From assembly GCA_965203485.1 (NCBI GenBank), contig OZ241892.1, positions 1,056,001-1,120,000 on the forward strand: a DNA stretch of 64,000 nucleotides, read 5' to 3'. Origin of the DNA: Longimicrobiales bacterium (GTDB lineage Bacteria > Gemmatimonadota > Gemmatimonadetes > Longimicrobiales > Gaopeijiaceae). The translations under genes were made by a program, and so were the position numbers. Positions 40,927 to 54,317 of the stretch are shown one piece after another (position 1 is the stretch's first letter; each line of letters starts with the position of its first letter). The notes beneath the pieces are model-generated. The model was not told the origin of the DNA. It was given only the letters and a program-made list of their open reading frames with translations, and searched no databases.

Positions 40927-41172
40927 TCAATACCGACGCCCTTCGCGAATCGAGTCGATCAGTGCGGCGACGGAGGCTCCGCCCAGCCGCTTGCGGCGCT
41001 CCCGGATGCGTTGCTCAGCTTGGCCGCCCCGCTTTCTGGCGTCGTCTTCAAAGGGCACCAGACCGGCAACAAGCTGGCCGCGACGAGTGATCGTCACGCT
41101 CTCGCCTCCGGCTACCGAGTCGAGCAACCGTGGGAGATGCGTCTTGGCTTCGTAGCTTCCGACGGTCCGCAT
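40927..41172 (-). CDS. type II antitoxin, Phd/YefM family, with no intact toxin gene adjacent
   Basis: MRTVGSYEAKTHLPRLLDSVAGGESVTITRRGQLVAGLVP. Confidence 0.88.
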   Translation of the reverse strand: MRTVGSYEAKTHLPRLLDSVAGGESVTITRRGQLVAGLVPFEDDARKRGGQAEQRIRERRKRLGGASVAALIDSIREGRRY

Positions 41173-41218
41173 GGCTGAAACTCCGGCGAGCGTGAGCGAT
41201 GTTCATCCGACCGATCCG

Positions 41219-41261
41219 CTAGACCAGTCTAGTATCTAATATAGTGTCTGCCGTGTCTGCC
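41219..41261 (-). promoter_or_regulatory. antitoxin promoter/operator region
   Basis: perfect inverted repeat CTAGAC-CA-GTCTAG (41219-41232) just downstream of a minus-strand TATATT -10 (41238-41243); tandem GTGTCTGCC x2 (41244-41261). Confidence 0.55.
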
Positions 41262-43499
41262 AGAGAATAGGGGGTTTAGCGGGGGCTGGCGAGTCGTAGA
41301 GGTTCTGGTGGTGATACGGCCGGTGGTTGGCAGTGGCCTGCGACCCGGTCTGGCGAAGCGTTGAGGGGGGCGTTTTGGAGGCACGGACGCGCTTGGGCGA
41401 GGCAACTGGAGACTCGTGTCCGCATTCCTCCCGAAGGAGGACGTTGGAGCCGGGTCGTCGAGGATGCCGCATTGTTACGCGGCCCGTCGTCGTCGCTTTC
41501 CGTTCCCCTTGGCACGTGATGTGGCGGCAAACGGACGATGACATGCAACCCGGGGGGCGAGTATTTTAACTTCATGGAGATGAAAGGCGCATGTGGGTGC
41601 GCCGAGAGCGGCCGTTGGGCAACGGAGGACCAGCGTGAATGCAACGTGGGAGAGTCCTGGATCGCGCTGGTGGCGAGTGGATCTGCACGCGCACACGCCG
41701 GCATCGCCGGATTGGGATGCGGCCGGCGAAGATTGGGATGCTACCGACGAGACGCCTTGGCTCCGCTGGCTGGAGGCGGCCCGGGACGCAAAATTAGATG
41801 CGGTAGCCGTCACGGACCACAACACGGCTCAGGGCATCGCCCGCCTGCAAAAGCTTCGGACGAAGGTCGAGGGCGCACCGGTGCTTTTTCCGGGCGTGGA
41901 GCTCACCACGGAGAACGGGACGCATCTCCTGCTGTTGGCGGACCCCAGCACCGGCCTAGCAGACATCGACGACATCCTGGCTCGGGTCGGCGTCGCTTCG
42001 GCTTCCCGCGGCACGCCGGAGGCTCGTTCCCCGCATGGCGTCCTCGACATCCTCGACAAGGTTGGGAACAAGATGCTAGTGGTCGCCGCTCATGTGAACA
42101 GGCGGCGGGGTTTGTTGCGGACCTACGAGTCCGGATCTTTCGGCAAGATACTGACGCGTGAGGCATTGGTCGCGGTGGAAGTTGATCCCGACGCAACGAA
42201 AGTTGATCCCGACGCGGCGCTCACTGATGACCGAACACGATGGCTCGACGGAAGCGTAGCGGAAATCGGAAGGCGGATTCCGCAGGTATGGTCTTCCGAC
42301 AGCCATCGTCACGATCAGCTGGGCCAGCGGTTTACCTGGGTCAAGATGGCTCGCCCCACTTTGGACGGCTTGCGCTTGGCCTTCCTGGACGGGGATGGCT
42401 CAATCCGGCAAGGCCGCTCCACCGACAACCCTGCTGACTCGCCGTCGCATGCCCCATCCTACCTTCATAGCATCTCAGTTTGCAACGGACGGTACATGGG
42501 CCGCGGAGAGCCTTTCGAAGTGGCTTTCAGTCCTTGGTTGACAGCGATTATCGGTGGTCGGGGAACTGGAAAGTCAACTTTGGTGGATTTTCTGCGAAAG
42601 ACGCTTCGGTGTGATCGTGAACTAAATGCAGGTGGCAATGACGGATCAAGAGAACTTAGAAAAGCATTCGACTCCCGAATGAGAGTTCCCGCATCGCATG
42701 CGGACGAGGGATTGCTGTTAGAAGAGACGCGTGTCCGTGTCGTCTACTGCAAGGATGCCCAGCGTTTTGAACTCGGTTGGAGTCAAGATGGCAGTGTTCC
42801 GGCGATCGGTCGCATGGCCGATGGCGATTTGGTCGAAGAACGTGGCGATGTCCGGGAACGTTTCCCCATGCGCATCTACAGTCAGAAGCAGTTGTTTGCA
42901 ATGGCACAGAACCCTAGTGCCTTGCTAACTGTGATTGACGACGCCCATTCCGTGCAAGGATCGACCTTTCGACGCCGCCTAGCAGAGCTAGAATCTCGCT
43001 ATCTGTCGCTACGCGCAGAAGCTCGAATGGCGGAGACGACAGCTACCGCTTTGGAGGCTACGAACGCATCGTTGCAAGATCTGCGGCGGAAGATTGAGAT
43101 ATTGGAAAGAAGCGGCTACGCTGATGTGCTAAGACGCCATCGGCGATTTCGGTGGTTGGACGACACTTGGCGCGAGATTGCCAAACAGACGTTGGATGGA
43201 ATACAACAGGCAGCTCGAGAGACGACCGAATTAGACGTGGCGGACTTAGATCTGACGGCGGATAGCGACAGGCCCGGCGTAGAGGATCTGGCGAGTGCCT
43301 ACGAGTCGCTGAAAGCCGTAATGGCGCGCACGCGGACTGGCATCGCAGAGATGTTGCGACACGCGGAGATCGAAATTCAGACCGTGATGTCCGGCGACCC
43401 TTTGCGTCGCTGGCAACGGACGGTGCACGACACAGGCTCCGCGTTCGAAGGGGTCGTCGCAAAGTTGTCAAATGCCGGAGCACCGGTGCCGACTGACTA

Positions 43500-44356
43500 G
43501 AGCCTATCTCAAAAAGCATGATGGGTTGCGATGGGCCGGGGAGTTGTTCATCTTCGAGGCATGACGACGGTGAAGCTGAGCGACGAGCAGTGGGAGCGGA
43601 TTCGCCACCACTTCCCCGAGGAAGCGCAAAAGGGGAAGCGGCTGGGGCGGCCGCCGGTGCCCGCTCGGCGCGTGTTCGAGGCAGCGCTGTGGATTCTGCA
43701 CACGGGCGCCCAGTGGAGCTTTCTGCCGCAACACTATCCGAACTACAAGACCGTGCACCAGAGGTTCCAGACTTGGATCCGGACGGGCGTGCTCGAACGG
43801 GTGCTGAGGGACTTGGCGGGGGAAGCGAGGCAACGGGGTCTCTTCGACGGCACGGAGGCATACGTGGACGCGTCGTTCGCGCGGGCGAAGGGAGGCGGGG
43901 CGGGCGTGGGAAACACCAAGGCGGGCAAGGGCGTGAAGATCATGGCGGTCGTGGACCGTTGCGGTCTTCCGCTGTCGTTGAGCACGCATCCTGCGAATCC
44001 TCGCGAGGCGACGCTCGTCCAGTTGTCGCTGGACTTGGCGTTCACGGACGACACGCCGGCAAACTTGATCGGCGACAAGGCGTACGACAGCGACCCGCTG
44101 GACGCGGCCTTGCGTGCGCGAGGCATCGAGATGATCGCGCCGCACCGGCGCAATCGAACGCGGCCGCGGACGCAGGACGGTCGTCGGCTTCGGCGGGCGA
44201 AGCGACGATGGATTGTCGAGCGGTTCTTCGGGTGGATGCAGTGGAAGCGCCGGCTGTTGGTCCGTTGGGAATATCATCCCGAGAACTTCCTGGCGTTCGT
44301 CCAACTGTCCGCCATCTGCATCTTCTTCAACCATCTCGGCTTTTTGAGATAGGTTC
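43500..44356 (+). mobile_element. IS5-family insertion sequence (IS427-like), 857 bp, TA target duplication
   Basis: 18 bp terminal inverted repeats GAGCCTATCTCAAAAAGC (43500-43517) and GCTTTTTGAGATAGGTTC (44339-44356), 17/18 match; TA at 43498-43499 and 44357-44358. Confidence 0.93.
43561..44352 (+). CDS. IS5-family DDE transposase, single intact ORF
   Basis: LSDEQWERI, ILHTGAQWSFLP..YPNYKTVHQRFQTW, YVDAS, LIGDKAYDSD, RWIVERFFGW. Confidence 0.93.
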   Translation: MTTVKLSDEQWERIRHHFPEEAQKGKRLGRPPVPARRVFEAALWILHTGAQWSFLPQHYPNYKTVHQRFQTWIRTGVLERVLRDLAGEARQRGLFDGTEAYVDASFARAKGGGAGVGNTKAGKGVKIMAVVDRCGLPLSLSTHPANPREATLVQLSLDLAFTDDTPANLIGDKAYDSDPLDAALRARGIEMIAPHRRNRTRPRTQDGRRLRRAKRRWIVERFFGWMQWKRRLLVRWEYHPENFLAFVQLSAICIFFNHLGFLR

Positions 44357-45255
44357 TACACTGACCTGCTGATGAGGTCTGCGGAACTGGAACGCGAGAT
44401 TGACCGCCTACAGGGCGAACGGGAACGGGCCCAGTCCTTGATTCGCGAAGGGCGTGACGTACTTGCGAACTACCGCAAAGTTCGTCGAACGTGGTCCGAG
44501 CGACGCGTCGACTTTGCCAAGGAATTGAGCGGAGCTGGCATCGACGTCGTCATCGCCCCTCTTGCCGACACGAGCGATCTTGTAGCGGAAATCGGCAGGC
44601 GGTTGGGGATGTCTCGTTATGAGAATGACCGAGTTGCGTTAGCCGAACACATTAGCAGTAGCGAGAAATGGGAGACAGGACTTGATAGAATCACAGACAA
44701 GTTGTCTGCGCTTCGCCGTGGAGAAGACCAACTATTCCAAGTTAAGGATCACCGTTTTAAGAAAGCGATTGCCGATCGGCCGCCGGACGCGATCGATCAC
44801 TTGGCGGTGTATCTGCCTGAGGATGCCGTTACGATCCGGTTCAAGGATCGAGCAACCCAAAAATGGCGGCCAATCAACCAGGGATCACCGGGACAGCAAA
44901 CGGCCGCCCTCTTGTCCTTGGTGCTCAGTTACGGGTCGGATCCTGTTGTTCTCGACCAGCCGGAAGACGATCTCGACAATACGCTCATCTATGATTTGGT
45001 CGTGTCGCGGTTGAAGGAAGTAAAAAACGAACGACAAATCATCGTGATCACGCACAATCCGAACATCGTCGTGCATGGCGACGCGGAATACGTGCTGTCG
45101 TTCAGGAGCGACAACGGGCGGACCACAGTGACATGCCATGCAGGCTTACCGGAGGCTGACGTGCGAGAAGAGGTTTGCCGAATAATGGAGGGCGGACGGG
45201 AGGCCTTCGAGAGTCGTTTCAAGAAGATATTATTCAGGGCATCGGAGACGAGTTC

Positions 45256-45721
45256 GTGAACAGTGAAAAGTTGCTTCGAGAATTGGGCTTGGAGAAGATG
45301 CAACAACGGAACAGTCGTCTTGGGCATCGACGACAAAACGAAAGAGATCATTGGCATTCCCATCGACGCATTGAATGCTGTCGAGGCGTGGATATGCGAA
45401 AATCTGTTTGGATGCGATCAATCCGTCCGTCGAAATTGAATTCTAGTGCCGGGGCGGCTCGTCAACCATCTCACGCCGGAGAACATGGCGTTGTTGCAAC
45501 ACAACAGGAATGATGTCGTCGTTTCCTTACTGGGAAGGTGCAAAATTGATCCGGCAGAGAAGGTGGCCAGAAGCCGAATGATGGACCGAAGGGGAGATGG
45601 CGTACCGATCATTATGAAGCAGAACCGTTTGCTCTCAGGGCGGTCGCCGGAGTACCGAGTGATTGATGACAGGGAGCTTCAGCTGGTGATTTGGACGGCG
45701 TCGGCGTTTTCGCGGGAGTGA
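45256..45721 (+). pseudogene. collapsed remnant of an AlbA_2 (Schlafen-like) + HATPase_c_4 protein gene
   Basis: fragments in different frames: VNSEKLLREL..GED, GTVVLGIDDKTKEIIGIP, PGRLVNHLTPENM..RNDVVVSLL..MDRRGDGVPII..PEYRVIDD; GTGA overlap with the upstream stop; far too short for a full-length protein. Confidence 0.6.
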
Positions 45722-45799
45722 CCGGTCGGCGGGCATCCGCCGAGATGGAATCGGCGTTGACGATTCGATTCGTGCCGGCTCGGAGCGTTGCCTCCTTAT

Positions 45800-45825
45800 G
45801 GGGGAGGGGGGGTGGGGAGGGGGGG
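45800..45825. repeat. G-tract cluster G5-A-G7-T-G4-A-G7 (G-quadruplex-capable; C-rich on the minus strand)
   Basis: read directly; lies between convergent gene ends, ~50 bp past the helicase stop. Confidence 0.8.
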
Positions 45826-45877
45826 ATGTCGGCGAGTGGCGACTCGGCGGGACTGGCGAGATGGTTTTCGGAGTCCG

Positions 45878-49516
<3,639 letters not shown>

Positions 49517-49679
49517 GGACAAGGTGGGGGGACTCGTCGGTTGACCGCCGTGCTGAGGCAAGATAACGTTGGGAGCGCATGAGCTTCCCCGTCTCCAACG
49601 CCTGCGTGCGGAATCGCTGGGGCAGTTGAATGAACGCGCCCGCCCGAACATTTCAACCGCGCTCGAAGGCGTGCCGCGC

Positions 49680-51383
49680 ATGAAGAAGCCCGGGTTCCTG
49701 AACGCGCGCGCGGCCGACTACTGGGACCTGATCGGCAACGGCAGGGTCTATCGCGTGCCTCCTCACCAGCGCGACTACTCGTGGACGCACGAGGAGTGGG
49801 AGGACCTGTGGCGAGACGTCGTGGCTTTGCGCGACGGGGGCGGCGAAGCGCGCCATTACTTGGGCGCGCTGGTGGTCCAGGAAGTCCGCGACCGGGACTT
49901 TCGGGTGATCGACGGACAGCAACGGCTGGCGACCTTGAGCGTGTTCGCGCTGGCCGTCGTGGCGCACCTGCAGGAACTGGCCGGCGAAGGACGCGACGCC
50001 GAGGCCAATCGCGGGCGCAGCGAGCGGCTCCGCAGCCGGTTCGTGGGCGAGAAGGACCCCGCGTCGCTCGTCGAGAGCAGCCATCTGTTCCTGAACGACG
50101 CCGACGACGGCTTCTACCAGGACCACTTGGTGCAGTTGCGCCCCCCGCACAACCCGCGGGGCCTGTCGGACTCCAATCGCCAGCTGTGGGGAGCCTTCCA
50201 GCACTTTCGCGGCTGCATCGACAGGTTGCCCGACCGGGACGACGGCGCGTCCGTGGCCCGGATTCTGTCCGAGACCGTTGCGAAGCGGCTCGTGTTCATC
50301 GTGATCGACGTGGACGACGAGTCGGACGCCTACACGGTGTTCGAGACGATGAACGCGCGCGGCGTGGACCTCACGACCACGGACCTGCTGAAGAACTTTC
50401 TCTTTTCTCACGTGCGCGTGGCCAGCGACCTCGACATGTTGCGGCGGCGGTGGCTGTCGCTGGTCGGGACCGTCGGCGCGCGCCGCTTCCCCGACTTTCT
50501 GCGAGCCCATCTGCTTTGCGAGACTCCGGGGATCCGCAAGCGGCGGACCTTTCGGTTCGTGCGAAGTCGAATCGCCTCGTCGCACGACGTGTTCCAGCTG
50601 ATTGACGACATGGAGCCGCGGGGCGAACTGTTCGCGGCCCTTCGCGACCCGGGGCACGAGTATTGGGCGGAGCTGCCCCAAGCGCGGCCGCACGTGCGGG
50701 AGTTCCTGCTCTTCGGCGCGCGCGAGGCGACCCCGTTGCTGTTCGCGGCGTGGAAGGCCATGCCGCCGACCGAGTTCGCGAAGACGCTCAGGTGCGTCTG
50801 CACGGTCGCCTTCCGGTATTCGGTCGTCTGCGGACTTCGCAACGGCGCCTTCGAGTCGGCCTGCCAAGAGGCGGCCGTGGCCGTTGGCAAGGGCGATGCA
50901 GGCACGGCTCGGTCCGCGTTCGAGTTCTTGAAGGCAGTGTACGTGGACGACAAGAAGTTCGCCCGCGACTTCGCGCAACTCGTGCTCGATTCCAGCCAGA
51001 AGCGCTTGACGCGGCACGTCCTGGCGCGCCTGGAGACCGACGCGGCCGGCCGCGCGTGCGACCCCGAGACCGATCCCGGAACGGTCGAACACATTCTGCC
51101 GCTCAACCCGTCGAGCGATTGGGACGAGAGCTTCCCGGCCCGACGCTGGGACGGGTTGGCGCACCGGCTCGGGAACCTTACCTTGCTGGAGCCGACGATC
51201 AACCGGGCTGTCGGGAACGCGGCGTATGGCGAGAAGGTCGCCGCGTACGCCCGTAGCGAGTACGCGTTGACGAGGGCGGTCGCCGAGCTGGCCCCGGAGG
51301 AGTGGACGGCGTCGTTGCTGGATGAACGGCAACGGAGGATGGGCAAGCGGGCGGCGCATCTTTGGAGGATCGATGTGGGGTAG
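49680..51383 (+). CDS. DUF262 + DUF1524 (HNH) protein, GmrSD/SspE-like restriction nuclease
   Basis: VPPHQRDYSW, VIDGQQRLAT, FETMNARG (DUF262); TVEHILP..RLGNLTLL..N (DUF1524 HNH). Confidence 0.9.
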   Translation: MKKPGFLNARAADYWDLIGNGRVYRVPPHQRDYSWTHEEWEDLWRDVVALRDGGGEARHYLGALVVQEVRDRDFRVIDGQQRLATLSVFALAVVAHLQELAGEGRDAEANRGRSERLRSRFVGEKDPASLVESSHLFLNDADDGFYQDHLVQLRPPHNPRGLSDSNRQLWGAFQHFRGCIDRLPDRDDGASVARILSETVAKRLVFIVIDVDDESDAYTVFETMNARGVDLTTTDLLKNFLFSHVRVASDLDMLRRRWLSLVGTVGARRFPDFLRAHLLCETPGIRKRRTFRFVRSRIASSHDVFQLIDDMEPRGELFAALRDPGHEYWAELPQARPHVREFLLFGAREATPLLFAAWKAMPPTEFAKTLRCVCTVAFRYSVVCGLRNGAFESACQEAAVAVGKGDAGTARSAFEFLKAVYVDDKKFARDFAQLVLDSSQKRLTRHVLARLETDAAGRACDPETDPGTVEHILPLNPSSDWDESFPARRWDGLAHRLGNLTLLEPTINRAVGNAAYGEKVAAYARSEYALTRAVAELAPEEWTASLLDERQRRMGKRAAHLWRIDVG

Positions 51384-51443
51384 GGGGGGGCGGCTGGCAG
51401 GCGGACGTGAGGTCGGGTGTGTTGCGGCGGCGAGGCGTGCGCC

Positions 51444-54317
51444 ATGAATCGGAAGAAGCTCATCGAGGTCGCGCTTCCGTTGAATGCGATCAACAAGGCG
51501 GCTGCGAGAGAGAAGTCGATTCGGCACGGGCATCCCAGCACGCTTCATTTATGGTGGGCGCGTAGGCCGTTGGCAGCGGCCCGGGCTGTGATTTTTGCCC
51601 AAATGGTGGACGATCCGTCGTCGAGGCCGGAGCTGTTTCCGACCGAGGCGGAGCAGGACGCCGAGCGTGCGCGCCTTTTCGACTTGATCGAGCGGCTGGT
51701 CCAGTGGAAGAACACCACGAACGAAGCACTCCTGGACGAGGCGAGGACGGAGATCAAGGAGAGCTGGCGGCGGACATGTGCGGACCACGAGGCCGAGCCC
51801 GATGCGACAGACCGCTTCGATCCGGATCGACTTCCGGCGTTCCATGATCCCTTCGCTGGCGGCGGTGCGTTGCCGCTTGAGGCTCAGCGCCTTGGCTTGG
51901 AGGTTCATGCCAGCGACCTTAATCCGGTCGCGGTGCTGATAAACAAGGCAATGATTGAGATTCCTCCGAAGTTCGTCGATTGTCCACCGGTCAATCCGGC
52001 TTGGAGATCGACCCAAGACGAACAAAAGAAGCTGACCATTTGGTCGGGCACGACGGGCCTTGCTGAAGATGTGCGCTATTACGGACGATGGATGCGCAAG
52101 GAAGCGCAGCGTCGCATTGGTACTGTCTACCCGACAATCTGCATCTCTGAAACGATGGTAGCCGCCCGTCCGGAACTTGGCAAATACGAAGGACAGCACC
52201 TCAAGATCATTGCCTGGATTTGGGCAAGGACGGTACGAAGTCCGAATCCAGCGTTTGCTGATTCGATGGTACCGCTAGTGTCGTCGTTTTGGTTGTCGAA
52301 GAAGACTGGCAAAGAAGCATGGGTTGAGCTAGTTCTACGAGATCGGCACTGGGATTTCTACGTCCGAACGGGGCAACCGGACGACCCGGATGCTCTTGCA
52401 CGAGGAACCAAGATTGGCGGAAGCCGCAGTCCATTCTTTTGTGTGTTCTCGAAGATCCCGATTCCGTTTGCGCATATTCGCGATGAACTACGACGGAAAC
52501 AATCCACGCCTCGCTTAATGGCGATCGTTGCCGAAGGTAATCGCGAGCGCGTGTACTTGAATCCAGATGTATCACAAGAACAACTAGCACAGTATGCACT
52601 TCCAACAAATACTCCAATGCTGGAATTGCCTCCCAAAGCATTAGGTTTTCGCGTTCAGCAGTACGGCATGTATCTTTGGCGGGATCTGTATACGCCTAGG
52701 CAACTAGTCACCTTATGCACATTATCTGACTTAGTCGTGACAGCGTGGCATGAAATACAAAGGGATGCGATGGACGCTTCGATCGCAGGTAATGAAGGAA
52801 TAGTCGACGCACGATCCTATGCAGATGCTGTAGCGCTCTATTTGGCGTTGGGTGCTAGCAAGACCGCAAATCGAGCCAGTACACTGTGTACTTGGAAAAC
52901 AGGTGTCCAATGCCCGGGTGATACATTCGGCCGACAGGCTTTGCCAATGTCGTGGGATTATGCCGAAGCGAACAGCTTGTCAGGACCCAGCGGTTCTTTT
53001 ATGAGCATGATTGACAACACGGCGGCTGGTCTCGTTTCCATAAAATCGTCACGTAATGCCATCGGAAATGCCACAGATGCCGACGCCCGGACCGTGGCCC
53101 CCATTCGCAACAGTGTAATATCAACTGATCCTCCATATTATGACAACATAGGATACGCAGATTTGTCGGACTTTTTTTATGTGTGGTTACGACGCGCACT
53201 GCAACATCAATACCCCATGTTATTTATGGGCATGGGCACGCCGAAAACGAATGAACTAATTTCTTCACCGTTTCGTCAGAAGAACAGGAAAGAAGCTGAA
53301 GATTTTTTCTTGGAGGGAATGATTCAAGCGATGACACAGCTTGCGCGACATTGTCATCCGGCGTTTCCGGTTACTATCTACTACGCATTTAAGCAATCAG
53401 AAAAGACGGACGATGGTGGTCAAACCAGTACGGCTTGGGAGACGTTTCTTGAAGCAGTTATTCGCTCGGGATTCAATATTACGGGTACATGGCCGATCCG
53501 AACGGAACGACAGAATCGCAAGGTGGGCCAAGGAACGAACGCTCTTGCATCGTCTGTTGTCATTGTTTGTCGAAAGAGACGACATGATGCCGACATTGTG
53601 ACTCGTCGGAAGTTTAGAAAGATATTGGCAGCCGATCTTAAGTCTACGATTCGACCCCTTCAAGACGGCAATATCGCACCGGTTGACTTGGCGCAGGCTG
53701 CCATTGGACCGGGCATGGCAATTTATTCCCGCTACACCAAGGTCGTTTCTCCAGATGGTAGCACGGTCAGCGTCCGTAGAGCTCTTCAATACATTAACGA
53801 AGCGTTGGATATGGCGTTGGGAGCAGACTTTGACAGAGAAACGCGGTGGGCATTGGCCTGGTTTGAAACCCACGGCTTTGATGAAGGTAAATTCGGCGTT
53901 GCCGAAGTCCTGGCCAAAGCGAAGAATACGAGTGTAAAGGGACTCGTGGAAAGATGCGTGGCGGAATCACGGGGAGGTACAGTTCGACTAATACAACCAG
54001 AAGAAATGAATGAGCTATGCCGAAGTGACTACGTTAATGCATCGGTGTGGCAACGGACACAACTCGTGTTGCGAGCGTATGCCGTTAGTGGTGATATCGG
54101 AGCGGCCGAAGTATTGGCGCGATTTGGTGAAATTGACAATGGCATTCGGGATCTTGCCTATCGTTGCTACGTGATCTGCGAGAGGAAGAGGTGGGCCGAA
54201 ACCGCGTTTGCGTACAATGCGCTGGTGTCCAGCTGGCCGGAGATCGTGCTTCAGTCGCGGCTGAAGCCGTGGTTGCGGGAATCGGAACCGGAACTGGGCT
54301 TGAAGGGAGATGGATGA
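51444..54317 (+). CDS. DUF1156-domain amino-DNA methyltransferase
   Basis: KKLIEVALPL..REKSIRHGHPSTLHLWWARRPLAAARA, DPFAGGGALPLEAQRLG, catalytic TDPPYYDNIGYADLSDFFY. Confidence 0.92.
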   Translation: MNRKKLIEVALPLNAINKAAAREKSIRHGHPSTLHLWWARRPLAAARAVIFAQMVDDPSSRPELFPTEAEQDAERARLFDLIERLVQWKNTTNEALLDEARTEIKESWRRTCADHEAEPDATDRFDPDRLPAFHDPFAGGGALPLEAQRLGLEVHASDLNPVAVLINKAMIEIPPKFVDCPPVNPAWRSTQDEQKKLTIWSGTTGLAEDVRYYGRWMRKEAQRRIGTVYPTICISETMVAARPELGKYEGQHLKIIAWIWARTVRSPNPAFADSMVPLVSSFWLSKKTGKEAWVELVLRDRHWDFYVRTGQPDDPDALARGTKIGGSRSPFFCVFSKIPIPFAHIRDELRRKQSTPRLMAIVAEGNRERVYLNPDVSQEQLAQYALPTNTPMLELPPKALGFRVQQYGMYLWRDLYTPRQLVTLCTLSDLVVTAWHEIQRDAMDASIAGNEGIVDARSYADAVALYLALGASKTANRASTLCTWKTGVQCPGDTFGRQALPMSWDYAEANSLSGPSGSFMSMIDNTAAGLVSIKSSRNAIGNATDADARTVAPIRNSVISTDPPYYDNIGYADLSDFFYVWLRRALQHQYPMLFMGMGTPKTNELISSPFRQKNRKEAEDFFLEGMIQAMTQLARHCHPAFPVTIYYAFKQSEKTDDGGQTSTAWETFLEAVIRSGFNITGTWPIRTERQNRKVGQGTNALASSVVIVCRKRRHDADIVTRRKFRKILAADLKSTIRPLQDGNIAPVDLAQAAIGPGMAIYSRYTKVVSPDGSTVSVRRALQYINEALDMALGADFDRETRWALAWFETHGFDEGKFGVAEVLAKAKNTSVKGLVERCVAESRGGTVRLIQPEEMNELCRSDYVNASVWQRTQLVLRAYAVSGDIGAAEVLARFGEIDNGIRDLAYRCYVICERKRWAETAFAYNALVSSWPEIVLQSRLKPWLRESEPELGLKGDG

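Larger units (their letters stand above)
41635..45259 (+). pseudogene. PHP phosphoesterase + SMC/ABC-type ATPase (TrlF / Ppl-like anti-phage protein, ~921 aa) interrupted by an IS
   Basis: WWRVDLHAHTPAS, AVTDHN, FPGVELT, SDSH; Walker A IIGGRGTGKST; after the IS: GSPGQQTAALL, LDQPEDDLDN, VITHNPNIVV; removing the IS plus one TA restores the frame (..PTD-YTDLL-MRSAE..). Confidence 0.88.

Noticed and set aside
40900..41640. Integrase, tRNA or att site at the island's left border
   Set aside because: No tRNA fold, integrase ORF or matching direct repeat found within the window
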